A stretch of 64,000 nucleotides of DNA from an uncultured Gammaproteobacteria bacterium (GCA_964474445.1 CAYYSJ010000004.1:185-64184), one strand, 5' to 3'; shown: positions 49,701 through 57,219, counted from the stretch's first letter. Numbers and translations are program-made. The notes: generated by a model not told the origin, from the letters alone.

Positions 49701-52327
49701 AAAGTGAGGGTACCTGCACTTGTTGCATTTCCCGTAGTGGCAAAGATTTGAAATCGAGCAGTGTTTGTTGCTGTTCCACCGATTGCCAGATCGTCAGTGA
49801 TATTGGTAGGAGCAAGTACTCCGAGTGTTCTTTGCCAAAAACCAGATATATTTCCACCGGAAATAATGTTTTTCACATAGAGATTATTCCATTCGATAGA
49901 GGATGTTCCCAGATTATATGTATCTGTTGCCCCTGGGATAATATTTCCGTTGACTGTCACGCTGCCTGATCCATTATTCGGAGATACTATAATATTACCT
50001 GTTGAGTTTCCACCAAGGGTGAGTGGTTGATTTTTTGTTGTTTGGATAATACCTGCACTATTGAGCGTTAGGTTTCCAGCAATAGAAGCGGTTGGAGTTC
50101 CAGAGCCAGGTGTGTTATTTAAGAAAGCAAAATTAGCAGAGGAAGTAGATGTTCCCCCTAAAAAGACATCTAGAGTGGAGTTAAGAGGGTAGAGTGAGCC
50201 ATTTGAAAGAGTCCAAAAGTTTGAAGCTGCACAAGGACTCCAAGTTGGTGCTGTTCCTCCGTTGGAGGTAAGACATTGTCCTATGCTTCCTGCTGCTGTC
50301 TGCAGGAAGAGTCCTGTTGCGTCAGTATAAATAACTCCTCCTGCTGTTGTGTAGTTGGCTGATGATATAAAGCCTGTGTTGCCAACAGTAAATTTAGAAA
50401 CCCCACTACTTGACGCGCTAATAAGTGGCCCTGTTCCGGTTTGATTAATAGTGACTGCAGATGCAGCACTTGTTGCCAAAACAGCAAATAAGCTATCGAC
50501 CTCAACAGCGTGAGGTGCTGAAGGGAAATTACCATTGAAGGTAGTATTTTGGAGTGGTTTTTGTACGTCTATAATACCTGATCCATCTGGAGCGAGAGTA
50601 ATATTACCATTTGTTCCAGAGTTGGTATTGAGAGCGAGAGTATTGCCAGCAAGAGTAAATTGTCCACTGGTTGACTGAAATGTTGTAGATGCTCCAATAC
50701 TTAAGTTTCCAGAAGAATTGAGGGCTAAGATAACATTCGTTGTACCTGCTCCTGATTGGGTGATAGGGGGCATCCCTTGGAGTGTTTCTGAGTTGGTTGC
50801 ATAAGCAACTGTTGCCAATTGTTGACGGGGCGTTAATTCTGGTGTTGATCCAACAGTGATACCCAAATACAAGTTCTGATTGTTAGCAAACAATGATTGT
50901 GGAATTGTTGTGCCTCTTCCTAAGAGTATGGAAAAAACACCATTATTGTCAGGAGTAACACCATTTACTTCTTGCCAAAGCAATGCTGAGGCTGAGGACG
51001 AAGGGTCGGAATAAATCGCAAATCGCAAGTTGGTACTTGCGGTAATGGGAGAATTTTGACTATCTGTCAGTCGTCCTTGGAAGGACATGATTCTGGGCGG
51101 TGCTGTTGCTGCCAATGTTGGAGCTTCTTTTGGTTTGGCAATAAAACTATTATAGAGACCAAATCCAATGGCGGTACAAAAGACAATAAGAATTGCCCAG
51201 TTAAAGTAATGAGCTAAAGCATATGTGTGATACTTTCTGTACCAGTTAGGGCGGGTGTAGCGAACATGGTGCCATGCCTTTCTATACCAAGGGAAATGCT
51301 GTATAGATATTGCTTGAGGAGCATAGAAAGTCTTTGGGAGATTATGAGTCTGAAGCAATGGGTTATGAGCAATATTTGCAATTTGAGATTTAAGATTTGA
51401 AATTCCCTTAACATTCGTAAAAAGAGGTTTGCCTTGTATCTTCCACAGCTGTTTATGAATTAAAAGAACTCCTTTGGTGATTGGTATAATCATAACTGTC
51501 TCAAGAAGAAAATCTATTCCTCTTTCCATTTTTTGCATAAGTCGTAGAGGAGGGAAGGAAGAGTACTTCTTAACGATTAAAGGATTGTTGTCTTTTGATC
51601 CATTTTGACTAGTATTTATACTATTTTCTAGCAGAGGCTCCGGGTTACTGCTATTAAGAACTGGCGTTTCATTTAGGTTGCCAGGAATTGCTATCTGTGA
51701 AGAAAGGTATCCTTGCGTATTTGCCCAGGCAAGATATTTACGAAGAGAAGAAAGTTTTCGGTTAATTGAGGTGGCAGAAAAGGCTCCTGTTTCGAGAAGT
51801 CTCAACTTGTACTCTTCCAGAAGAGGGTAAGAAATATAATGAAAAACATTTTTCTCATCTACGCCTGCAGCTTCTTTTATCCTTGAAGTTTCTTCAACCC
51901 ATCTCAAGAACTGTTTCACATCAATGATATAGTTTTTTATAGTAAGACGACTTGCGTTATAGACATATAAAAAATCTTTAAATTCTTTTATTCTCCAGGG
52001 ATCTTGGTGAACTTGTGCTACTCGAGAGACAACTTCATCAAAAGGAGACTGGGCAATAACTCCTTGCATTTTTAGTGCGTGAAAAAACTTATGAAGTGAA
52101 GAAATATGCCTTTCGATTGATCTCACGGAATACATAGAAGATTTTTGAGCTTTAAATTGATTAATAACAGCAAGTGTTACTTCATTAGGTTGAAATGGTT
52201 TGGCAAGTTGTGCTTCGCACCAGGAGATAAAGTGTTTTACATCTACGATGTAATTCTTCACTGTTGAGTGTGATGGGGTTGGTTTTTGTAAAAGTAAGAA
52301 ATTTTTAAAATTTTGAATAAATTCCAT
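40763..52327 (-). CDS. 3854-aa giant protein: two integrase N-terminal (SAM-like core-binding) domains, TM, tail-fibre-like repeats, LamG and a peptidase G2/IMC-like domain
   Basis: TVKNYIVDVKHFISW...SIERHISSLHKFF and TIKNYIIDVKQFLRW...SINRKLSSLRKYLAW; TM near aa 375-397; MSFQGRLTD domain; GNVGIGTTNP and FWQ...P...D...GG repeats; LamG WHFAVVTYDG; FDYAE...LAGRAPV. Confidence 0.85.
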   Translation of the reverse strand: MEFIQNFKNFLLLQKPTPSHSTVKNYIVDVKHFISWCEAQLAKPFQPNEVTLAVINQFKAQKSSMYSVRSIERHISSLHKFFHALKMQGVIAQSPFDEVVSRVAQVHQDPWRIKEFKDFLYVYNASRLTIKNYIIDVKQFLRWVEETSRIKEAAGVDEKNVFHYISYPLLEEYKLRLLETGAFSATSINRKLSSLRKYLAWANTQGYLSSQIAIPGNLNETPVLNSSNPEPLLENSINTSQNGSKDNNPLIVKKYSSFPPLRLMQKMERGIDFLLETVMIIPITKGVLLIHKQLWKIQGKPLFTNVKGISNLKSQIANIAHNPLLQTHNLPKTFYAPQAISIQHFPWYRKAWHHVRYTRPNWYRKYHTYALAHYFNWAILIVFCTAIGFGLYNSFIAKPKEAPTLAATAPPRIMSFQGRLTDSQNSPITASTNLRFAIYSDPSSSASALLWQEVNGVTPDNNGVFSILLGRGTTIPQSLFANNQNLYLGITVGSTPELTPRQQLATVAYATNSETLQGMPPITQSGAGTTNVILALNSSGNLSIGASTTFQSTSGQFTLAGNTLALNTNSGTNGNITLAPDGSGIIDVQKPLQNTTFNGNFPSAPHAVEVDSLFAVLATSAASAVTINQTGTGPLISASSSGVSKFTVGNTGFISSANYTTAGGVIYTDATGLFLQTAAGSIGQCLTSNGGTAPTWSPCAASNFWTLSNGSLYPLNSTLDVFLGGTSTSSANFAFLNNTPGSGTPTASIAGNLTLNSAGIIQTTKNQPLTLGGNSTGNIIVSPNNGSGSVTVNGNIIPGATDTYNLGTSSIEWNNLYVKNIISGGNISGFWQRTLGVLAPTNITDDLAIGGTATNTARFQIFATTGNATSAGTLTFNTTGSVQTTNSLPLTIGGNTTGGITLSPNNGLGTVSLAAATVALTGTNPTITTTSNNTLAILAGTGTITLGTNTTGGDIQFFSSSNKITNAGALTIAGVLTVNGTGTSQIAGTLNVNGAGASQITGTLGIGAAPFTATALDIEKNTLGNAGVIINVLNSAGDLLTASSSGTTKFRLQNSGAILSTNYTNNGGVLYADTTGLFKQTPTGGTNQCLIGGANPTWGSCGTGTNGSWWTLDTINGAIYPVNSTVDLFVGGSATNSAKFAVLNMIGSGTPTASVSSGLNGNSTYITANGTIQTANFANLTVGGSTTGDITLTPHNATGNVIVNGPTLDTTTSVFTLLGTPSNLTFAGSASTLTIGATTGTTTFRTPTIDDNRSTLTLFGTPTSITFGGAATTLNIGNVSGTTTVQGALSVNGNTTLGTNTSNTVTINGLVNQNVLPSSTTINLGDPTHYWGTVYANNFIAPVGGGTSGFWQLTSNVLSPVNAWNDLAVGGNATGSATPWQVFATTQGINTAGTATSSGGLSFRGAMTNVNLLNGSILKVQTSVGGDSGLTTQLQLNNNGDLTLGGANIKTTQGTVGLFDTTATTLNIGGGATNGINLGNANGTNTFRGNLILGSSGTNTIFPNGQFSNSIIPTAATINLGSATNNFGSAYITNLFISGTYDGLWQRFNQVVSPFTITDDLAIGGTSTSSAKFQIFSNSYTNDLGTVPAGTASTSGNITFRGSATAVNSLNGGTLAFYNSVGGDKGITLSTPSLFLAASSNIGIGTNAPGAKFDVRGQAIISATASTIDPNFDNLVIGQRPVTDNYGSIRISPQNNQFRGFKLEVYDPNTTADYFNIYDVLNNASRLYINNGGSVGIGTTSPLASSGLTISKNSLGNATFVVNQSGLGDVFTASTSGTPLFTIANDGTIKNSLIPNVTDTYNLGSDPTQGGKEWNTLYVRQIVTPANGGIAGFWQLSNGGVLAPSNTNNDLVIGGNSTASAHFQVFGSGVNIGTVAITPNDPKVNNNAGVLPAASKVINVASSDHSYMTLDNRDLTIGGHKNLQSISNIQKVLFYDTSKDSDGGRWTNDDKAPASSWYNESRTTADTCVIGTNTRCGQQAFPRKAILVVTTTNLYIFDAKDNSLWMAFNKGSGATEQMIGPTTNSTGSSIAALNGEIYFGNNGSVGGFYVIDFKHDTSYKILSSSNAGQYFVNSNTNISGRNSTTTYTLMPNIYLNTPNATINDVAVNVINGQTYIVLATAGGTNGAVTLINESLLSLVANFGPNANAQNVWLTSRGTLYATVGNSSTASNYALKIKYNAQNGSGNNTLFDEVYANQGGTTNYGATTTDNNTFSSLSLTAGPASTSATFVPTSMVVTEGTSIVDGISDTVYLGAQGSNGSVMAFQLKKGDPTNASVKYYNSNYITDDMVGDTRGMWPFNETSGNINDASVKGITLTANGSVTYSASGVRGTALTFDGSTAYLSCTNAACGGASKLDSGGTTWSYGAWYKTSGNTGRIVTKWDGSSITPAYLLSIGDLAAGKLRAAINNGGTRIIDDTQTSNDNNWHFAVVTYDGTTFKLYRDGILAGSLTTSGSIVVGTANFGIGAGGDGSTKFTGSIDGPFVKASALTPSAIIHMYQVGYHALQNHTSKTIRGVVTGADSNQKLANGNSNVSAVAANMQNGQLYVGTQGGGVSVIGLDSDTVTDLYSTSINTKDDVGTAWSTSVNNNFVQSIAAGQSYGNGIGLIIGSNNAGSGNTWMETQDTLLKEVLASSYNPFGTNLTQSNVNIDSVLRVTNQLSTRLDNLAFGATSSARFADAFRVDSNGNLLSRSLVNSPTAMQFQNASGNTILNIDTTGVNAAITVNQPGAGDIMTASASGATQFILSNTGVITASSFKDLQNTNYFLDPAASGTSLVVAGNVGIGTTNPTDSLYINTTTVATGITLNGTNAPRIAIDNSGTVEGLLGLATSGGQYSTDTIANDLVLRVQGTSQHLLFNTNGGAGSSTMALINGQVGIGTANPNYQLQLYQSSGAPTLELRGNRNGNWSVNQVIFGDELDLNRYFFNERGTNESANANWNFLYHNTASGSDAWQNLFAVLPTSLNANTYSESFHDNALWINSSGNVGIGTTNPTQQVYINGNGADQKTVVVNTTSPWGVFQVADTGSNSEASIAFISGATAVGSNPTSTNGNDHVWALGPGVGGLGGTVFGLYNRNNGYVFGVRNDSQVNIGNDSTADWVDINNHNTGNRNNNEHANNGVEIDANGGGCGNYTLYMGADNSNGGGYLQGVNICTSIAPVFINWRGGTVFLDGSGHSFDYAEIYKSNQIITPGEIVETSPDKTWNGIDITNYDASVSAAQRTTESTNGKLVQKTTTAYSHAILGVASTHPALIIEENHVTVSKNSTITPSNRPPIDLAGRAPVYVSTINGPIKTGDAITSSNIAGYGMKATQAGFIVGKAMQNFDPSNGEPGEVGIVSCPAGTPANVICGQVYVYATSTWYDPQVYLATTGDLQITDASPSADFTIPHYYSLNDVLGNPVSRMGAFLELVVGNLRAGSVQAQQVLTGSLAVTTNNVSIAGQSLHDYVAGIVNDVLAGRGNGTLSPIGQVDQIHTNLISPLASTSAIAFNLENSRLSVKNSISQQTVASFDNSGNATFSGKLNSQNLAVNGDATVSGTLHANRIEANSIVGLQATVGTLSAQNITNITNIYFATPSANVTPMNTVIGSSSISSTNSGLLSPQIGYANIASYSGFLAYVPNLSAATATFGQGLVSTGTTSLADTTVTGQLAIGTQLILAANSVNVLGGTFQIQSLAQGNVVFEGGLVAIDTNGNLTVGGNAVFAKNLAADVITPLANNKDLTLRLGDNSASASALATSTLNVQNASGSGIFNIDQLGNVIASGAANIAKLNFNAVQPALAMSDKEVVATGSAGTAAIKAHQTEVTIDDPLVTDKSLIYITPVGQTTYTPYLLRQVGGKSFTVGIPVQQYIDTTFNWLIIN

Positions 52328-52862
52328 AGGGCAGTTGTTTATCTATCAATCGATGGTTGTGAAATGGTGGTGAAAATGCTTCTAGCTTCGAAATTATACG
52401 GATTATACTCATTATCAACCAAACAATCACTACTACTATTAGATTAGAAAGTATACAGTATCTTGTCAATAACCTGGAGTAATATTAAATTGATCTAGTA
52501 TGATCTATTAAATAGGTCATGAAATTTAATTTTCATGAATTTATGAAAAGAATTTTCTATAAAATAATTCGAAAATATTGTGTTCAAGAGGCTAATCTTT
52601 CTAGAGAACGCTCCTGTTAGTTATTTATGGTGAAAAATAAAACAGGAAAATATTCGACTTATTTTCTTATGAAAATTGCCCTTTTTCACGAAAATTAACT
52701 TATACAGGCTCAATTGGCAGCAATTGCCTTTGAGTGATAGGCTCAAGATAGGGCACCTTTAGATTATTCTAGTAATCTAAAAATAAATTTAAGAGAAAAA
52801 GTGACTTTTGTGTCTCACTCTTGTAGTATTTCTGCTAAACTTTTACTATAGATAATAGGTAT

Positions 52863-53747
52863 ATGAAAAAGTATTTTGTTGTCCTGCTTTTGCTTGTCCT
52901 ATTTTTAGGAGTATCACCCCAAAATATATCTGCTGATACATCCTCTGGTAGTGGACAAGTAATTGTTAAGGTGAGTATCAATGGGTTTACTTTCAGCCTT
53001 TCAGGTTATCTTGCTCCATATGCTTCTATAACGCTTACCAGCAATGGGAATGTTTTTGCTTCGACAACTGCGGATGCTCAGGGAAACTTTTCCTTCCCTT
53101 CAGTCAAAGTTGCAAAAGGATTCTCTCTGTTTTGCCTTGATGGTATTGACTACAAGAGGCTTGGAGAATCTGAAGCATGTTTTACGATTCCTCCAGTCAT
53201 AGGCCCATTCAGTAAATCAGCAATTTTCTTACCTCCAACACTTGGCGTTTTTCGTAGTGATGTAACTATCGGGGATAATGCTCTTGTCTTTGGATATGGT
53301 ATGCCAAATGCGCTTATCAGCATTAAGTTAGACAATAGGGTCATTTGTGAGAAAACAGCCGACTCAGGAGGATATTATGAGTGTAATTTTGCAATTAGGA
53401 AAGAAGGAAATCATGAGGTGTATGCAGATTCACGCTTGAATGGTAAAGCTTCTGAACCTCAGCTTAAGCGAGTTATTATTAAAGGAGTATCTCTAACAAA
53501 AGTGACTCCTACTCCGTCTCTGGGCAACATTATTGATATTCTCCATGGGTTACCAGGTATCTTGATTGCCCTCTTTATTGGTCTTTTGCTTATTATCCTC
53601 CTGATTATTCTCCTCAGACGTCGTAACCCCTCATGGTTACCTCGAGTATTTCTTCCAAAACCTGGAGACCTTATCCATCATGGGTGGGATAGTTTTTTTA
53701 GAGAAAGGAAGCTGCACCACTGGTGGATGAAAGGAGTAGGGTACTAG
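52863..53747 (+). CDS. Secreted Ig-like protein with a C-terminal TM anchor
   Basis: Signal peptide, two G...P.A.I...AD..G.(F/Y) Ig-like modules, TM followed by RRR. Confidence 0.75.
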   Translation: MKKYFVVLLLLVLFLGVSPQNISADTSSGSGQVIVKVSINGFTFSLSGYLAPYASITLTSNGNVFASTTADAQGNFSFPSVKVAKGFSLFCLDGIDYKRLGESEACFTIPPVIGPFSKSAIFLPPTLGVFRSDVTIGDNALVFGYGMPNALISIKLDNRVICEKTADSGGYYECNFAIRKEGNHEVYADSRLNGKASEPQLKRVIIKGVSLTKVTPTPSLGNIIDILHGLPGILIALFIGLLLIILLIILLRRRNPSWLPRVFLPKPGDLIHHGWDSFFRERKLHHWWMKGVGY

Positions 53748-54450
53748 TATAAATAGCTACAGTAGTTTGTTTAAGCTAACAAGAATGCATGTGAAGAATC
53801 GTCTAGCTTATAAAAAGGGATCTAGATAGAAGAAGTGTGGGAAAGTAGACGATTATAAGGGACAAATAGTAAGTTCTACAAGAGCAATATGATGGGAATT
53901 AGACATATTAGGTTGTTTGATACAACGAAATCAACAGACAAAACTTTATTCTTATGGGACTATTTTAAATCTTAAAATTTTTTTCACAAGGTTGTTGAAC
54001 ATCTACGTATGAAATCCATTAGAAGGAGTTTGAAATAAGCCAGCTCCAGAGAATTTCACACAATGGCAATCTAAAGTACAGAAATGAAGCGATTATCACT
54101 AAGGCAATAACCCTGCTAATCTTATATGTCAATAACTATATAAACGTATCGAAATGCATCATGAAAAATGAAATGTTACAGGGTGTTTGCATCAGTTAGA
54201 CATTAACCAATCTTGAGTCTATCTCCAAGTTACTGATTTTTCTGTCTCATAATCAAGCTTTTGTTGCTTGGTAATAAGGTCTAGAGAGACTCTAGCTCAA
54301 GAGATGAATGCTTTTAGTTTTATCAAAAGTAGCCAGGTGAGAGTTATCCTATCTTCATTAGAAATCTTGACTGAACTCGTTTTGCATAAGTAGCAATGTG
54401 AGCGTCTATATGAAGCACATTATTATATATGTATTATATGCTTGCTAGCC

Positions 54451-55437
54451 TTATTCTGCAGACTGTTTCATACGTCTTTGCACACGAGTAAAAAGGAATA
54501 TGCCAACAGTAAGAAGCAAGATTATTCCAATCATGTATTGAATCGGTAAGGCAAAAAAATAGATTGTCCGGTGAAATAACGGCCCTTGTGGCGAAAGTGA
54601 GACAGTGAGTGTTGCTGTGTAAGGTCCGAAAAGAAATGTTTCAGGCCATACAGCTTTATTCTCCAGGAATTGGTGCGTGTCTTGAAGGCTCCGCGAGGAG
54701 TTAGAAAGGATATTTTGTTGCAGTAGGTCGACCTTTCCTATCAGTTGACCATAGAGATTGCGAATAAGTATCTGGCCTTGGGGTGCAATGTAGTAGGAAC
54801 TAAGATTGTGGACAATAACAGTGAAAGGAATTGGACCATTGGTCACATAGAAAGGAGCACCAAACTTTTCAATAAAGCCACGTGCTGTATCTTTAGGCCC
54901 TATCGAGAGAAGAACATTACTGGCAATGCCTCCGGCAATTGCTGAGCCTGTTGTACTTGTTTTAGCTGTTTTTGAGAGAAAGACAATTGAAAAGTAATAA
55001 TCAGCAGGTGGTTCATCTTTTGGAAGACCAACCTTAAGAGTAAGGGCTTTTTCTTCCTGGGGATCAAGAGTAACCTCATTCACGGCTGTATCACCATCAA
55101 GTACCTGAATTTTTTGAAAGATATCCTTATCTCTTAAGATAAAGTCTTTTTCGTCTACAAATCCCACATGTCCAAGGCTATCCTTAGCAGTAAAAGGGCG
55201 AAGAGTGATAGAAAGAGTTACTGGCGTATCAGCCCTATTTGTAATCGTAACAGGGTGTTTAATTGCAGTTGGGGGAGTCGCGTCAACTTGGATAATAGGA
55301 GGAAAGACACCCAAAGAGAGAGTTTCAGCGTGAGCAAAAGAGGTAAGAGGAATGAAATAGAAAATCAGTAACAGGAAAGATGCTGTGGATATAAACAGGT
55401 CGCTTCTTTTACTCATAAGTTTTAACTTCTTATTCAT
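54451..55437 (-). CDS. DUF916/DUF3324-like membrane-anchored protein
   Basis: LSLGVFPPIIQV.A.P, LDPQEE, P.DYYF, N.S.YYIAP.G.I.I.N.YG, GPYTATL, C-terminal TM; paralogous to 14000-16063. Confidence 0.72.
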   Translation of the reverse strand: MNKKLKLMSKRSDLFISTASFLLLIFYFIPLTSFAHAETLSLGVFPPIIQVDATPPTAIKHPVTITNRADTPVTLSITLRPFTAKDSLGHVGFVDEKDFILRDKDIFQKIQVLDGDTAVNEVTLDPQEEKALTLKVGLPKDEPPADYYFSIVFLSKTAKTSTTGSAIAGGIASNVLLSIGPKDTARGFIEKFGAPFYVTNGPIPFTVIVHNLSSYYIAPQGQILIRNLYGQLIGKVDLLQQNILSNSSRSLQDTHQFLENKAVWPETFLFGPYTATLTVSLSPQGPLFHRTIYFFALPIQYMIGIILLLTVGIFLFTRVQRRMKQSAE

Positions 55438-55441
55438 AAAT

Positions 55442-56215
55442 CTAAAATGTAGGGATGGCTATATAGGTAATAGTGTTTGTATAAGTATCAGGTTGTTGAG
55501 AAGCCGAAACGTTTACCTTGTAGGTCACTTGGGACTGACTACCTGTTGTTCTAGTTGTTCCATTCATGACTATCTGAGCTGGTTTTCCTATTCCAGCATT
55601 GGCAAATGTTTTATAAAAGTTCGTTGTATTAAAGTCAGGAGTGCAATCAGTACCAACAACATTATCACAGCGATATCCAAATCCGTAAGTAAGTATATTT
55701 ACCCAGGTGGCTGCTGTCACATCGCTACACAAGCCACTATCGCATGTTGTATCAGGGATAAAGGAGTTGGTTGCTGTAAGAGGATTATTTTCACGAGCAT
55801 TTACTGTATAGGTAAAAGGTTGGCTACCACTTACTGTCAGCGTGTTGGTACGACTGACAGGGCTTGTTGGGTCAATTGATCCAAAATCAATGGTTGTCGG
55901 GTTAACAGTGAATGTAAACGTTGGTGTCCCACTTGGACTTCCTGATGATGTTTGGTTACAAAAAATTCCCCCATAAAATCCTGCACAAATTTTATAGTTT
56001 GTTCCCGTGAAAAGGCCAGGAGCTATCTCTCCTGATGTAAAGGTGAGCTTATTACCGCTCCCACTCACTTGTCCTGCTATGGAGTTGAAATTACCAAGAG
56101 TGATAATAAAGAAATCATTAGCCATACGAAACGCAAGTGCAACTTGCGTAATAGACAAATAGATCAATAGGCATATAAACGAGTGAAAAAGGAGAATGGG
56201 CAGGAATTTTTTCAT
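55442..56215 (-). CDS. WxL/pilin-like secreted protein
   Basis: Signal peptide, FTFTV...IDFG.I.P, IPDTTCD, YGFGY, C-terminus YTNTITYIAIPTF. Confidence 0.72.
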   Translation of the reverse strand: MKKFLPILLFHSFICLLIYLSITQVALAFRMANDFFIITLGNFNSIAGQVSGSGNKLTFTSGEIAPGLFTGTNYKICAGFYGGIFCNQTSSGSPSGTPTFTFTVNPTTIDFGSIDPTSPVSRTNTLTVSGSQPFTYTVNARENNPLTATNSFIPDTTCDSGLCSDVTAATWVNILTYGFGYRCDNVVGTDCTPDFNTTNFYKTFANAGIGKPAQIVMNGTTRTTGSQSQVTYKVNVSASQQPDTYTNTITYIAIPTF

Positions 56216-56232
56216 AGCATTTGTATAGCTGA

Positions 56233-56868
56233 TTATTTCTGTGCTTCTTGACGAAGGTCTTCTGTCTCTTCTAAGATCTCATTTAACTTTTCAACATCAG
56301 CTTCTTTTAAGTTTTTTTTCTCATTTTTCATAACATCCTCTACATCATGAGAAATCGTATCTGCTGCTTCAGTACTTCTTTCCTGAAGCTGTTGTATCTC
56401 TTCTTCTTGTTGCTCTCGATCCCTATATTCTTTGCCAAAAAAGTAGGGAAGTGGAGAAATAAAAAGGAATGATCCAAGCTGAATATAGGTACCAAGAGAG
56501 CCTCCATTTTTGAGGATTTCAGGCACAAACATAGCAATAGTTAAGAGAGCATACACAAAAACTGTTTCAGGCTCAAAGATAAACGTAATACCAAATCCTA
56601 AGAAGTAGAGTAAAAAGAAAAACCAGCTTGTCATTTGGCCGGTAGCATAGATCAGGAGAAAAATAAGAGTATTAAGGATAAAGATATCCGGAATTCCTCC
56701 CGCGAAGGTATCTTTTTTCTGTTTATGACGTATAAAAGAGAGTATAATATAGGCGAAAACGAGCCCAGCTAAGCCCTGGATAATATACTGATTGAGAAAT
56801 GTCTGTTCCCAGATGAAAACAACCACGAAAGAGCATAGTAAGACAAATACATGCAAAAGGAGTTTCAT
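56233..56868 (-). CDS. Six-TM membrane protein with an acidic coiled-coil tail
   Basis: Hydrophobic helices, TG..TS.FFFL.YF motif; TACTAT lies 6 nt before ATG 56868. Confidence 0.75.
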   Translation of the reverse strand: MKLLLHVFVLLCSFVVVFIWEQTFLNQYIIQGLAGLVFAYIILSFIRHKQKKDTFAGGIPDIFILNTLIFLLIYATGQMTSWFFFLLYFLGFGITFIFEPETVFVYALLTIAMFVPEILKNGGSLGTYIQLGSFLFISPLPYFFGKEYRDREQQEEEIQQLQERSTEAADTISHDVEDVMKNEKKNLKEADVEKLNEILEETEDLRQEAQK

Positions 56869-57075
56869 ATAGTGATAGTAGTGGATTTTGGAGACAGAGA
56901 CAAGAGTAAAGAACTGAGATGAGGTCAAGATTCAATAGATCAGAAAAACAGAACCGTTTTTGTAAAAGGAGACTCACGATTTTTTAAAAGTAAACCTCTT
57001 TTCGCCCTTTAGTTGCGATAAGTCCTATAATTCAAAAATTATTTTCCCATAGTAATTATGAGAAATGAGGCTATC

Positions 57076-57211
57076 TTGACAGTGTGGAGGTTGGTGCCTA
57101 TAATCTCCTCATGGCACAAGAATCTTTTTCACATTCTTTTGAGCTCCTTTTTGGGGTGATGAGTTAGTGGGAGAGAAAAGAAGTTTTCGACCCCGTTAAT
57201 CGGGGTTTTTT
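57076..57211 (+). promoter_or_regulatory. leuS promoter, leader peptide (57111-57167) and attenuator
   Basis: TTGACA-17-TATAAT with ATG 6 nt later; MAQESFSHSFELLFGVMS; alternative stems; terminator ACCCCG-TTAAT-CGGGGT with T tract. Confidence 0.75.
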
Positions 57212-57219
57212 AATAATAT

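Noticed and set aside
40763-52327. Prophage or integrative element implied by integrase and tail-fibre motifs
   Set aside because: No catalytic integrase domain and no terminase, capsid, portal or conjugation genes; the protein has a TM in a chromosomal context.
54410-54445. TATTATATATGTATTATATG as a dif site
   Set aside because: No match to the XerC/XerD arms beyond AT-richness.
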